This document shows positions 23,309 through 37,100 of a DNA stretch of 64,000 nt, piece after piece; position 1 is the stretch's first letter; every line of letters begins with the position of its first letter. The stretch covers positions 122,326,001 through 122,390,000 of the forward strand of contig OZ024745.1 of NCBI GenBank assembly GCA_964016885.1. The letters run 5' to 3'. The position numbers and the translations under genes are program-made. The notes beneath the pieces are model-generated. The model had not been told where the DNA came from. It worked only from the letters and a program-made list of their open reading frames with translations, and made no database searches. This DNA comes from Eledone cirrhosa (Eukaryota).

Positions 23309-24196
23309 CTAGACCACCTGTGACCCACTGGGTCACGCTCACTTGAAAATAACTTTTAAATAATTAAAATATACACAGACATGTATATAATGTAAAATGA
23401 AATTCAAAGGCCCAAATATATATATATATATATATAATAATAATACAAGGACGAATGGTTACTCCTTCATTACATTTATTGTTTGGTGACACCCGTTTCG
23501 CTACTTATCAGCTCAAGATTTGACCTGTATCGATCTCGCCCGACTCTGGGCCAGATCGATACTGATTGAACTTTGAGCTGATCAGTAGTCAAACGCGCGT
23601 CACCAAACAATAAATGTAATAAAGAAATAACCATTTGTCCTTGTATTACTATATTCCACTCTGTCTAGCTCTACTCCTCGATACTGACGTGAACCTAAAC
23701 ATCAAGTAGTCACCTGGGTGAACCTACAGTAACTTCGCATTACACTCCCTGGTATCTGTGACCTAAATACACCGGTCACACACACACACACATGTGTGTG
23801 CACACACTTAGAAACCCTTTCTATTTAGCAGGATGCAGTAATGCTGTATTCGTTTCTTTGAAGTCACCGGTTATAATTTTATTGAACAACACCACAAGCT
23901 CTCTCTCTTCCATTTTCCTTCTCTGTCTCCTCTCTCTCTCTCTATGTCTCGCTTTCAATCTACTCTCTCACAACCACCATCTCTTTCTCTCTATCCTTCT
24001 CTCTCTCTCTGTTTAAGAAGGTACCTGGAAAATCCCCATATCTCGGGAACCATGCTCCAATTTACGCGAAACTTGTTTTATTCCATTTGTATTCCCATTT
24101 CAGGGTCTACTTCCTTTCAAAGTATTTTCCCATTATGCTTCCTTTAGGCTGTATTACAGTACAGACAAGCAAGCCAGCACAGAGTTTTAGTAGTAT
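23309..24196 (-). mobile_element. Non-autonomous Helitron, with a second partial head-to-tail copy at 24198-24302
   Basis: Minus-strand 3' end GTGACCC-AGT-GGGTCAC hairpin + CTAG|T. Homologous to 26767-27413. Confidence 0.75.
23433..23778. mobile_element. Penelope-like fragment with ~220-bp imperfect palindrome (23433-23655), nested in the Helitron microsatellite
   Basis: Arms pair around the loop at about 23537-23552. Each arm carries a GAAAC-N4-GUC-like motif (cgaaacgggtgtc on -, caaacgcgcgtc on +) followed by aataaa. Confidence 0.55.
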
Positions 24197-24735
24197 ACTA
24201 GACCATCCGTGAACCGTTGGGTCACGTTCACTTCAAAATAATTTTAAAATAATTAGAATATACACACATATATATAATGTGAAATGAAACTGGAAGGCCC
24301 ATGAGAACCTCTGGGTTAGATGAATCCCCTCTAGTACATCTCTGTGGGCATGGATGCTGTAAGCTGTAATGAAGGCAACCAGTCTATGAGATCAGTCACT
24401 CTTAATCAAAACTGATACAATGTAGCAGGGACAGATAACCTCTCTAGTGCTGGTGGTATAATATAATGCTCCCAGTCTATCCTGTAACAAGTTGGTGATA
24501 AGACAGTCACCCACATAGAAAAGTCATGTCAAAGTTATTAAAAAATTTGAATCTCAAGAGATAAAATATAGCAGCATATATAATATTTAAAGCGATCAGT
24601 TTTTTTTCCTTGCTCGCATAAAAATGACATCAGTTGAATTGTCTTGTATGGATGGGTAAGGTAGAACAGTTGGTTTCATAACTGTCAAAGGTCTAAAGTG
24701 CAGTGATGTGAAGTGAGACATTTCTATCTGTATAA

Positions 24736-25302
24736 CAGAGGTTCTCAAACTTTTTGTGCCCCCCCCCCCCCCTCACAGCCACATAATACCCTCAGCGCCC
24801 CCACCCCTCTTTCCAGAGAGACCTGCCTACATGCAAATTGTAAATAATATATAATAAATTAAATCGTTAATTTATATATAAAGGTTTCTTATATATGCAC
24901 AAGGCCAGCAATTTTGGGAGAGGGGAAAGTCGATTAAATTGACCTCAGTGCGTGACTGGTACTTTATTTTATTGACCCCGTAAGGATGAAAGGCAAAGTT
25001 AACCTCGACAGGATTTGAACTCAGATCATAAAGGGCCGTAAATCTATGCTGCAAAGCATGGCCTCTGACCCTCTACCGATACTGCCAATCCACCGGTAAT
25101 AAATAATATAATATATACCATGTATAAATAGATATTATATATTTTCTATTTTATTATATTTATATATAATATGTATCATTTGATATTTAATATATTATTA
25201 TATCATCTCTACCACCACCACCACTCCCTCAGACCCATCACCCTCTGGACCCTCCCAACACCCCCCGGTAGGAGGCAGTGGCACCCACTTTCAGAACCTC
25301 TG
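24736..25302. mobile_element. hAT-like MITE with nested SINE
   Basis: TIRs cagaggttctcaaa / tttcagaacctctg. Same family as 62663-63017. Confidence 0.75.
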
Positions 25303-26766
25303 ATGTAGACCAAAACTGCTTATTTGGGATGAAGGCAATATTCCATTACCATATATTTCTAATGGAAGATATTGCCTATAATTTTCAAATAATTTTGGAA
25401 ATAGAGAATTTGAAAAGATTTAGTGAAATGTTCTCATTATTAAGCTAGGGTTCAAATCCCGCCGAGGTTGACTTTGCCTTTCATCCTTACGGGGTCGATA
25501 AAATAAAGTACCAGTAATGCACTGGGTAATTGCTGGCCTTGTGCCTAAAGTAGAAACAATTATTAAGCTAGGGTTTGGAGTATAACTTAAAAAAAGATTC
25601 TTACATAAAATTAAGGTGGAATTTTTTTTTTAGACAAACATAAAGACTTTAAAGAAACAATTTTGTATTAGAGAAGGATAGAGGTTTCAGGTAGTTTTGT
25701 ATCAAGATTTAAAGATTTATGTCACTGGTTGGTTAGTAAAAGCTACCGAGTAGTTCTGAAAGTCAGAATGTGACTATATTGTATGTCAGATTTGAGAAAA
25801 GAAATACATTCTAGAGTTATCCTCTGGTAATATATTTTTTCTGGCTGCTAAGAAAATAATACTTTTAGCAGAGAAAGCTGGAAATATCAGAAAAGAGAAT
25901 GGTTCAGACGATGAGGGAAGTATTGCTGAGAGAGATGAAAGCATTGAATTGCAGAGGATGATGGGAATAGAGGCAGTGATGAATGGTGTGAAGAGAAATG
26001 GAATGAGATGGCTGGGTCATGTGTTGAGGAAATATAAACATGGGATAGCTAAAGATGACGGGGGGAGGAGGAAATGAAAGCCAGGAGGTTTGTGAAGTGA
26101 GAGTGTAGCTGATGATAGGGCAAAATAGAGAAACTTGTCACGAGGCCTCCTTGCAAGATTAACCCTTGCTTTAGCAGGGGCAAAATGACCTTAAAATGCT
26201 AGCTTGTTTCTGCAGTAACCCACACATATATAATGTGTGTGATTACATGTTGGGGGGGGGGGGGGGGCATGTCATTTGGTTCACCAGGTCATTCATATTG
26301 TAATGCTTTAAAAAAACTTATCTATTACTAATCTAAAACTTACTAGATATTTCTTTTTTTAAAATTATTCTATTTTGTAATTCTTATCATTGTTCTCTCA
26401 AAACAATTCTCTGCTATAACCTAGATGTCGTTTAAAATTACTGTATTCTTTTCTTTCTCTTTCTTGCTTGTTTGCTAAAAATTCTTCTTGTGAATTTAGG
26501 GGGAGTGGGAGAGAGAAAATACACACACTAGATGCAGATGTATGTGCAAACACACATACACACCCTGCATGCACGCACACAAACGTGTTTATTAAATCTT
26601 AAGGAATCTGCTAACATCCAAATCTAAATATTCTACTATATTGCTCTAAGTAGGACTTCTTTGGCAGTATTTATATGGAGATATATTTTGTGTGAGTTAG
26701 TATGGTTTCATTTAAGTATTGCACTTTTAATATCATCAAACTTGATTACTACAAATATATACATTA

Positions 26767-27413
26767 TCTATATATCACTAAAACCCTGTGATTGCTTGCT
26801 TGTCTGTAATGCAATACAGCCAAAAGGGCACATAATGGGAAAATACTTTGTAGGAAGTTGTCCCTGAAATGGGAATACAAATGGAATAAAACGAGTTTCG
26901 CGTGTCGAAGCATGGGTTCCCGAGATATGGGGTTTTCTGGGTATCTTCATAAACAGAGGGAGAGAGAGAGTGGTTGTGAGAGAGATTGAAAGAGAGACAT
27001 AGGGAGAGGAGAAGGAGAACGGAAGAGAGAGAGAGATTGAAAGAGAGACATAGAGAGAGGGAGAGAAGAACGGAAGAGAGAGAGAGCTGGTGGTGGTGTT
27101 GTGTATGTATATATGTGTGTGTGTATATATATATGTGAGTGTGTGTATATATATATGTGTGTGTGTGTGTATATAACCAGTGTATATAGATCAGAGACAC
27201 CCACATATATATATACACACATACACATATATGTATAAACACACACACATTTATATATGTACATACACACGTATATATATATGGGCCTTCCAGTTTCATT
27301 TCACATTATATACATGTCTGTGTATATTTTATTTAAAAATTATTTTTAAGTGAACATGATTTAAAAAAACTACTTTGAAGTGAATGTGGCCCAACAGGTC
27401 ACAGGTGGTCTAG
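26767..27413 (+). mobile_element. Non-autonomous Helitron
   Basis: A|TC start, internal microsatellites, degenerate subterminal hairpin and CTAG|T end. Confidence 0.75.
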
Positions 27414-28375
27414 TTCTTATATTATGTAAAGGCACACGGCTTTGAGGTTAAGGTATTTAGCTCACGATCGTAAGGTCATGAGTTCAATTCCCAGTAGAGC
27501 GTTGTGTCTTTGAGCAAGAAACTTTATTTTCACGTTGTTCCAGTCCACTCGGCTGGTAAAAATGAGTTGTAACTGTAATTCGAAGGGCCAGCTTTGTCAC
27601 ATTGTGTCATGCCGAATCTCCCTGAGAACTGCATTAACCCTTTAGCATTTAAACCGGCCGTATCCGGCCAGAATTCTCTCAGCTGTTTCTTTTCAAACTG
27701 GATGTAACTGGCCACTCATATTGATGTTAAGGTATTGTTCTCAAAATGAATATTAAAATCTCATAGATTCCATATTATCTGAAATAATTATGTGAGGTAA
27801 TTATGCGAGGTAGAGCCTTTACCATGAAAATACAATAGTATATCTAGAGTAATGTAAATGCTCAAGGGTTAAGGGTACGAGTGTTTCTGGAATGCTCAGC
27901 CACTTGCACATTAATTTCACGAGCAGCGGATCAACTGGAACACTCGTTGTAATTGACAGTGCCTTTAATATTGTTATGTTACTGAGATTACTCTCTGTTG
28001 CACAAGTTTACACTTGATTACACTTGATTACACTCGATTTCACTCGATCAGCTACAATCTACGAAACTTAAAAGTAGTGGCAGAAGAATTTCACTAATAT
28101 AATAATTATATAATTGTTTCTACTTCTGACACAAGGCCAGCAATTATCCCAGTGTATTACTAGTACTTTATTTTATCAACCCTGTAAGGATGAAAGGCAA
28201 AGTTAACCTCGGTGGGATTTGAACTCAGACCATAAAGGGCCGTAACTCTTTGCTGCAAAGCATGGCGTCCGACCCTCCACCATAATAATTATGTAATATT
28301 CTCTACTTTGGTATAAATCACTTTTCATTGTGTTTATCAACCCAAACATATAGTACACACATACATATAACATGC

Positions 28376-28415
<40 letters not shown>

Positions 28416-28672
28416 ATATATATTTTATATTTTTTACACTTATGTGAAATAAAGCCTGTACTGTGAAAATACATTAGAATATATAGATTAATGTAAATGC
28501 TAAAGGGTTAAACAATATACCCAGCAGCTTAGTTGTTTGTCAAAGGTCAGTGAAGTTACTATCATACTTAAAAATAAAGTGTGGTTTGGCAAGTTGGACA
28601 TTTCACCACAGAATGTATTGTCGAACCCATGACAGCATAGTAAAAATAAGGTTGACAATGATCTGTATCTAT

Positions 28673-29032
28673 TAGGAAGAACAAAAATACAAATTTAAAT
28701 TTAAATAAGTTTAATTATTTGAAACCCCTACAATGTCTGCAAGATTAAAAGTGCCAAGGTAATAGGAACTATAGAGGAAAGAGTGATGATGATAGAATTT
28801 TACCTTAGCAAATTTATTTATTTCAAATATTTTTGGGTTTAAAAACCCATTCTCAAGAGAGGATCCGTGTGTAAGCATTCAAAGATCGCTAAGGTGTTCA
28901 AATAAATTTGGTAAGGTAAAATTTTATCGTCCTTAATCTTTCCTCTATAATCCCTATTATCTTGGCACTTTTAATCTTGTACGCATTGTATGGCTTCCAA
29001 ATATTTAAACTTATTTAAATTTGTATTTCCTA
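28673..29032. mobile_element. Foldback/MITE with ~145-bp imperfect TIRs
   Basis: caagattaaaagtgccaagg..tatagaggaaag..aattttaccttagcaaatttattt is mirrored by aaataaatttggtaaggtaaaatt..ctttcctctata..cttggcacttttaatcttg. Confidence 0.8.
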
Positions 29033-29157
29033 TTCCACAATACTTCAAGCAAACTGCAACACTTTAAGAACAAGAATGTTTTGTTACGTGATTTTGGTTT
29101 TCTTTCCTTTTTATATGTGGAATATATTCTAAACATGACTTTGTTTTTATTTTTCAG

Positions 29158-29290
29158 TCTAAGGATGGCAAAGAGAAAGAGAACAAACATAAAAATGCAC
29201 ACCAATTTGTGTCTCTCTCGATAAGTAATACTTCACTGTGTCATGTGTGTAACAAGAGCATGGCAAATAAAGCAGCTGTCCAGTGTGAGA
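29158..29290 (+). CDS. Internal exon of a C1-domain Lbc-family RhoGEF-like gene (N-half of C1 finger)
   Basis: Pyrimidine tract + ttttcag acceptor and gtaagt donor. Translates SKDGKEKENKHKNAHQFVSLSISNTSLCHVCNKSMANKAAVQCE, resembling the ARHGEF2 C1 segment CNKSITAKEALIC (recalled). Ends in phase 1. Confidence 0.9.
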
Positions 29291-29499
29291 GTAAGTGTTT
29301 TCTGTTTTTACATACTGCAAAACGTTCTATAGTTTGTATTGAAATAAATGGATATTGTTGTATATTGGGAGGATCAAAGCTGCTAATTAATATTTTCATT
29401 AATTGATTATAAGGATTAAAATGGGAGTTTATTGTTTACTTTAACCACAGCAGTTCAAGTGAAGCTCACTGCTCTCATTTCATTGTTTCTTTTTCTTCG

Positions 29500-30190
29500 T
29501 CGTCGCTGCTACCTCCTCCTCCCCCTACTGAGGGTCGTGGGAGCAGAGTTCTCAAATACTCCTTCCAGTGAGTCCTGTCAGAAGCAACCATTTTCAACTG
29601 ATCTGGCTGGATGCCCAAGCATGGCCAGCCAAACTTATGGATGTTATCCAATCGTCTTACTCAGGGTCTACCCTTGGGTCTCCTGTCTGTTGGTTTTTGC
29701 CCGTAAAACCTGTCCAGCGATTCTAACCACATGCCCATAGTATCAGAACTATCTGGAGCAATCCTATGATCTCTGAGCTTTCTTGAGTAAGATTACTCTA
29801 AAGACACTTCGGAGAAATACCGTTTCACCTGCTTGTGTTCACAATCGTATTCTTTCGATCATTCCCCATGATTCATGACCATAGGGAAGGGTTGGCACGA
29901 ATATTGAATTGAAGATAGCGAGTTTGGCTTTCGCACCTACCTCCCTTCTGATTACTGAATGCTGAAGATGGCGCATTACTGCACCAACTCCTGCAATTCT
30001 TGCACTTAATTCAGCCTCCTGCCTTCCATCACCCATGAACATGGCCCTGAAATACTTGAACTTCTCTACCTGCTTAAGTGAAACTCCATTCACATGTAGA
30101 GTGCACTGAGCAGGCTTCCTTGAGAGGACGAGTGTCTCAGTTTTCGAAGCACTGATCTTCGTTCCGGCCAAGCAGCACTCAGCATCAAAG
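29500..30190 (-). mobile_element. RTE-clade LINE 3' fragment
   Basis: KISASKTETLV..LKQVEKFKY..FVPTLPYGHESW. Confidence 0.75.
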
Positions 30191-31269
30191 TGGACGTAAT
30201 AAAAATGATGATGATAATGATGATAATATAGATGATGATAATGATAATGATGATGATATGGATGATGATAATGATGAATGTATCAAGTGAAATGGCCGCT
30301 TCTATAAAGAATATTTCTAATCTTTCTCCAAATATTTTAATGTGTAAATTGTGGTGGAGGTATCAATGTTCGACTGAAAGTTTTGTCTAATTTTTGTTAA
30401 GAGCTTAAACTAATTAGTTTGTTCTTTTAGAGTAAGGGCAGTTTCAGGTAGTTTAGTATCTAAAGGGTTGATTATCAGATAAACTGATTATATTTTGGTG
30501 AATTTTGACTACTTTTAAGTTGTGCACACTTCCTAAGTATGTGTGAATCTCATTAGAAACATTTATTAATTAGCAGTAAATATTCTTTTAGTTAAAAACT
30601 GTTTTCTGTTTATAAATTATTACAAACATTTGGATAATAAATAAGACTTTACTCTTGTTTCTTCATATTTTTTATTTGTGGAAACTCTATTCAATTTTCA
30701 AGTATGAGACATAACTTCTCTAGTTTCTTTTGCTGTTATGAATAAATCCTAAAATTGTATGGTTTTCTGTTTTAATGATGCTGGATAATGCTGTCAGTTC
30801 TAATCACGGCAAAAAATACTTTGAGTTAATCCTTTCATGATCATATAGCTAACAAAATACAATGTATCATCATCATCATTTTATGTCTGTTTTTCTATGC
30901 TAGCATGATTTGGACAGTACTTAATCAGAGCTTAAACTTGCCAGGGACTATGTCTGAAATACTTTCCATAGGTGCAGCTGCATTTAGTGAGGTTGCCATG
31001 CCCTTGACACAGCTGAACAGCCCACACAACTCTTTGTTTGGCATGGACTCTGTCTGGATGCCCTTCCTAATACCAGCCATTTAATACAAAGAGTATACTG
31101 GAAATATTTTTCCTTCGTATTTCAGTTAATTTTAAAAATAAATAACTTGGAGGGACATAATAAAATAACTTTTATCATTATAAAAATAGTCTTAAGAAAT
31201 GTTTCTAAGATCTATCACAAAACTAAAGGTTCTCCCAGGTGGGTTACTATAAAAAAGAGTAAGATACAT

Positions 31270-32075
31270 TTTAGTCTATAGATTTAGACTTAGCTAAAAC
31301 TAAAGTGCTAGTGGGTAGGAGAGAAGATAGGACTCTAAGTCCTTCAGGGAAGTGGACCTGCTCAATAAGTAGAAAGGGAGTAGACATAAACTCCATATGA
31401 TGTACACAATGTAAATCTTGGGTACACAAGAGATGTAGTGGAATCATGAGTAAGCTAACAGGAAGGGAAGACTTTGTAGAGGATGCACAGGAGTAATCGA
31501 GGGGAAGGACCCATAGAAGTGGTTGATAGCTTCTGCTATTTAGGTGTTCTAATTAGCAATGGAGGGTGTGCTCTGAGAGCATAAGAACTAGAATAAGGAT
31601 AGGATGGAAAAAGTTCAGAGAACTACTCCCACTGTTGACAAGGTTTCTCTCTATGTACAAAAGGATGACTGTATGACATGTGTGCATAGTGCAATGCTGC
31701 ATGGTAATAAAACATGGCCTGTGACTGTGGATGTGCAATATAAGTGTGAGAGAAAGGCAGAGCTTGGATGAGTTGAAGAAGCTGGGTTTAAGAGGAATTC
31801 GAGGTAGTGTACTGGAGAGAATACTGTGTTGGTTCGGACATGTTATGTGCATGGACAATAATCGTTGGGTGAAGAAATGCCAGGGGAAGGAAGCAGCAGT
31901 ATTGGTAGACCAAGAAAGACCTGGACAGAGGTTGTGAGAGCTGACCACAAATCACTGAAACTCACACAGGCAATGACATGTGGAGAGATGCTGTGTTGAG
32001 AAAGACCCGTCCAACCCATGCAAGCATGAAAAAGCAGACATGAAAATGACTGATGATGATAATGATGATAATGAT
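31270..32075 (+). mobile_element. Decayed RTE LINE 3' part. Similar fragments at 44605-44930 +, 47185-47615 -, 60530-61305 +
   Basis: LAKTKVLV, WVHKRCSG and WFGHVMCM motifs with a (GAT)n tail. Homologous to the 7410-9735 element. Confidence 0.78.
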
Positions 32076-34027
32076 GAAATTTGATGAAATTTGTTCTTAT
32101 TTCATTTGATTGAATTTGTAAATTGTACATTATTTCTTCAGGAAATTCTTTGGAGAAACTCTCTTATTTTTATATTTTTATTTGTTAATTTTGCCAGTTC
32201 CCACAGACAGAATATATTCATTATTGAAATTCTTCCATCTCATTGACCTTTATTCATTTAATATTACAAGTAGAAGCAGGTTTTAAGCATGGTCTACCCA
32301 TCTTGTGATTTACCAACATATTTAGAGTAAAGTGTTTTTCTTTATAAAGTTTTTACTTTATAACTTGGATATTTGTACGTTTTTTTTTTATCTAAAAAGT
32401 AAAACATTAATCTCCACATCAAGCATGTGTGAATTAACTTCTTGTCAACTGTTAACCTTTTAACATTTAAACCGGCTGTATCCAGCCAGAATTCTCTCAC
32501 CTCTTTCTGTTCAAACCAGCTGTAACCGGCTGCTCATACAGATGTTAAGATATTGTTCTCAAAATGAATATCAAAATCTCATAGACTTGATATTATATAA
32601 GATAATTATGTGAAATAAAGTGTTTACTGTGAAAATATAATAGTAAATATAGAGTAATGTAAATGCTAAAGAGTTAAAGCAGCATTCCAATTTCAGATGA
32701 TTAACCATAAATCGACAAGTTGACAGAAATATCGTATGGGACTATCCAATGGCCAAATGGTGCTCGGAAATCTCATCAATTTTCTCTGGTTTTTGTTCTC
32801 ACAGTTCCAACAATTATCTACTGAGCTTAGCTAATAAAAAGTGTGAACACTGAGTGAATATTTCTGGCTTACTTTTAGAATGAAGTCAGTTGTACTTTCC
32901 TTTTTTCAGCTAAGCATATTGCATTGTCTAGGATACATTTCCTGCATGCCTGTTCACCAGTTGCTCTGCTAGTTCCTATTTACTGAATCACCTGATTAGA
33001 AATAGCAATTGGGTCATGAAAAGTGTGATCACTGGCTGCAATTTGTTACTCTCACCTTTAACTCTTTTGATAATAAATTGCTTGAAACAGCCCCTGGTTC
33101 TATGATATAAAACATTATTTTAAAGTGCTGATATTTATCTAAAAATCATTCATCTTACTTCTATGCGAGAACTTGTGTTATGTTTCAAACCCAAGCTTAA
33201 GAAAATTAGTTATTTTACTAAATCCCTAGTAGAAACAATTATTAAAATTATTTGAAGTATATGTTACTAAAAGAGTTCAGATATTGTTTTGCGAGAAACA
33301 TTATCTAACTTGGCATAATCTTAAAGCTGATATTCATTATATATATATACATTTCCTTTACATTAGCCTAATTCTCTCTTTTATTGGAGTCAAGGGTTGA
33401 TTTTTAAAAAAATAGATCTTGCTTCAATCCTTATCTTTGCAGAAGAAACATTTGGGTCATCTTGACTGAAGATTGTCTATATTATTCTCATATCAATCAA
33501 CTGCAATAACTATGATAGCATCCCATAAAACCATTGTTCTTTCTGAAATAACATTCTAATGTTTTCTTCCTCTGAACATTTCACAATACTATCTTAAAGG
33601 CATGAGATCACTGTGCACTTGTCTGGGGCCTAATACTACTCTACGCTGTGGTTGCATATGTAGAGGCCTTCCTTTCATTGCCTACCATGGGCCTGTAATG
33701 CTGTTAAGACAGCCCTGTTTACATATGGTGATGCAGTTAAGTAAGATTAATAGTTATACCTGGTATGAGATTGGTGAAGTGCCAGAACTGGTAGAGTGTC
33801 GGATCAAATGCCATTGCTGTATTTGTTCTGATCAATACAATCTGAATTCAAATCCTGTCATGGTCAACTTTGCCTTTCATCCTTTTGCGGTCGATAAAAT
33901 ACCAGTCAAGTACTGAGGTTAATTTAATCAACTTTGTCCTTCCCTCAAATTATCTGGTCTTGTGCCTAAATTAGTAATCAATATTTATACCTCGTTTAAT
34001 TTTTGCTATTGTTGTTTTCTATTTCAG

Positions 34028-34101
34028 ACTGTCTTATTAATGTTCATGAGAGTTCATGTAAAGAACAGATTCCTCTTTGTTCAAAACTGAGCAAATCAAA
34101 G
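34028..34101 (+). CDS. Next exon (C-half of C1 finger)
   Basis: atttcag acceptor, AAG|gtaaat donor. Phase-1 join gives (N)CLINVHESSCKEQIPLCSKLSKSK, completing H-x12-C-x2-C-x11-C-x2-C-x4-H-x3-C-x6-C. Confidence 0.9.
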
Positions 34102-37100
34102 GTAAATATTGATAACATTTATTACAATTGGTTTAAAACACAATTATTGTTTACATTAGTCCACACTGTAAATGTGGTTGGTGTTAGGAAGGGCATCCAG
34201 CTGTAAAAAAACCTACCAGAGACCTTTTGTCACCTAACATTGCCCTATTAGTTGTTTGTTTTAATTTATACATTGTCATATATTAAACATTCATCACCAC
34301 AGATGCCAAATTGGTTGAGTTGTTAATTGTAAAACAAACTGTCTTGCATTATTTATTCCAGTTCTCTGCACTGCTCCTCTAGATTATTAAACTACCAATT
34401 ATCTCTGTCATAGGTTTCCTTGTTGTTATGGCATCTTACTACCCAGATCCAGTATTAAATACTCATCCCATTCTCTTCCCATCTCCTAGAACTGTTCTTT
34501 TCTGGAATCTGCTCCCTGCCTAGGATTATCTAACCTCAAGAAGTTCAAACTAAACATCAATCACATTGATCTTTCCACCAGTCTAGCAGAGCCTACAGGT
34601 GTCATAGATACTATCTCAACCAATTAATATAAAAAGAAAGTAACTACATCACACCTCCAATTCTCATAAATAACTTACAAACTCCTTCAAATGCTAGGAT
34701 TTAACAAACCACTCTTGGAAGCTAGCATTCTTAACATTATTAAATTACATATTTCATTCTTAAGCACCTGCTCACTCTTCTACAAAGCCCACACAAATCC
34801 TACTATGAAATGGCATACTTCATCCAATGACTGCGTTTTAGAAATACAAAATCTGCCTGATCAACAAAGCCACATTTACAGAAAAAGTCAACAACTGGAT
34901 GAATGAGCTGTTGTATCCTCTCACCCTCTTTTCTATTAATGGCTTATGTTCCTCAGAACTTATTAACTGCACCTAACCTCTGCTTGAAGATTTTGGAAAT
35001 AAAGCCAGTGACAAATAGTGTGAAGAGAAATGGAATGAAATGGTTGGGTCATGTGTTGAGGAAGGATGAAAGTGACTGTGACTGGAGTGATGGAAACAGA
35101 TGTGGAAGACAAAGAATGATATAACTAAAGATGATGGAAAGGAAAGCCAGTGGGTTGACGAGGAGGGATGCAGATGATGTGACAAAATAGAAAAGATGGT
35201 CATGGGGCCCATCAATTTAACCTCTGCTTCAACTTATTTGTTTTGTCACCTCTCTTTTTTGCCAACCATATTCTGTTTTCTTAAACTATCTGATCACTGA
35301 AACATACTCGAAATAGCAATCAAATTTTACCTGAAGCCACAGCCTGCCATATTAAACAAGGACACAGGTCAGAATATACAGTGCTTCAAAACAAGACAGA
35401 ATGGTCATGCTAGAAGGCATAGGTTTACTTGTTCAAGGCTGACCTGAAGCTAAACAACACATCATCATCATCGTTTAGCGTCCATTTTCCATGCTAGCAC
35501 GGGTAGGACGGGTTGACCCTTTGGGAGAGAATCAGGTCAGAGGACTGTATTTCACTCACCTCGAGCTGATTTTGGCTTGGTTTTTAACGGCAACCATATT
35601 TACACCGTGTGCTGGTTTTTTTTGTCGTGACACCTACACGACCGCATTACAGTGTGGACTGGGCACTTTTTGTTGTGTCACTGACACAACTACTTTATAG
35701 TGTGGACTGGGTGCTTTTGTCTTGACACCTGGGGTGCCACTACATGGGGAGGGAAGGGGAGGAAGCTTGGGGAAATTGAGGACGTAGGTAATAGGGGAGG
35801 GATGGTTACCACAGAGGGAGGTGTATAGGAGGGGAGAAGGTAGATGTATGAAAATCATAAGTTTACTTAATCCTTGTGTTACCGTTGTTCTAATGAATGA
35901 CATTACCTTTGATTTTCAAATTACTTTTTATATTATAAGGAAGAGGGATTTAGTAAGATATCAAACTTTCTCATTATGAAGTAAGTGTCTTACATAAAAT
36001 TATGATGGAATGTTTTTAGATAATTATAAACACTTTAAACGAAACATGTTGTATCATAGAACCAACAGCAGTTTCATGCTGTTTAGTATCAAAAGGGTTA
36101 ATGAGGTTGATGGACATATGTATATAAAATAAGGTAATCACTAAACTGTTACTATTGGGAGTTATTAAATAAAGAATATGGGCTCTAAAAGTAAACTTTG
36201 TGGGAGACAATAGGCTACAGTATCTAGCAATTGAACAGAGACAGTCTAGGGTTTAAGAGGACCCTTCAGACTGGATGATCATGAAACAACCTCTCTAGTG
36301 CTGGTGCCATAAAATGCATCCAGACCACTCTGTAAAGTGGTAGTGTAGGTGCCACAAAAAACACATCCAATACACCCTGTATGCTGGTTGGTGTTAGGAA
36401 GAGCATCCAGTCATAAAAACCATGCCAAATATGGAATTTATATGATCACTTGACATGTCTAACTTTAAAATGAAACAATCCCTCCAACTTATGCCGGTAT
36501 GAAACAGATGATGTAAATCTAGACTGGTTTAAAAAACAGATGGACCATTAAGTTTAATATTATATATATTCTCAAGGCAAAAAGGCAATAATAATTGGAG
36601 ACCAAATAAAGGGGTGATAAGAAATAAGTACTCATTGATTAAATGATAAATATTTATGTTTGAACACAACATATATTAGAATATTTAACCCTTTAGCATT
36701 TATATTACTCTATATTTACTATTGTATTTTTGTGGTAAAGGCTTTACGTCACATAAATATCTCACATAATATTGAATCTACGAGATTTTAGTGTTATTTA
36801 TTTTGAGAACAATACTTTAACATCAGTATGAGTTGCTGGTTTAAATGCTAAACGGCTAAGGTAAATATAAGTTAGATATAACTACAGTTTTGGGATCAGT
36901 CCATCATTATAATCATTATTTCCTTGTACACAGAAAAAACATAAGAGATTGCCTTTATCGGTTTCAGAGATTTATGTCTTCTCATCAATAAAAACTACTG
37001 CTATGTATACAGAGGAATATAACTATAACACTATATAAATGAGTATGGAGGAGACACAGTTGAAAATCTTTATGCTTCATTCTTTTCGCAATGAAGGCTT

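Noticed and set aside
26778-27299. ORFs rich in YI/HT/CV/LS dipeptides (here and at many other sites)
   Set aside because: These are translations of (TA)n, (CA)n and (GA)n microsatellites.
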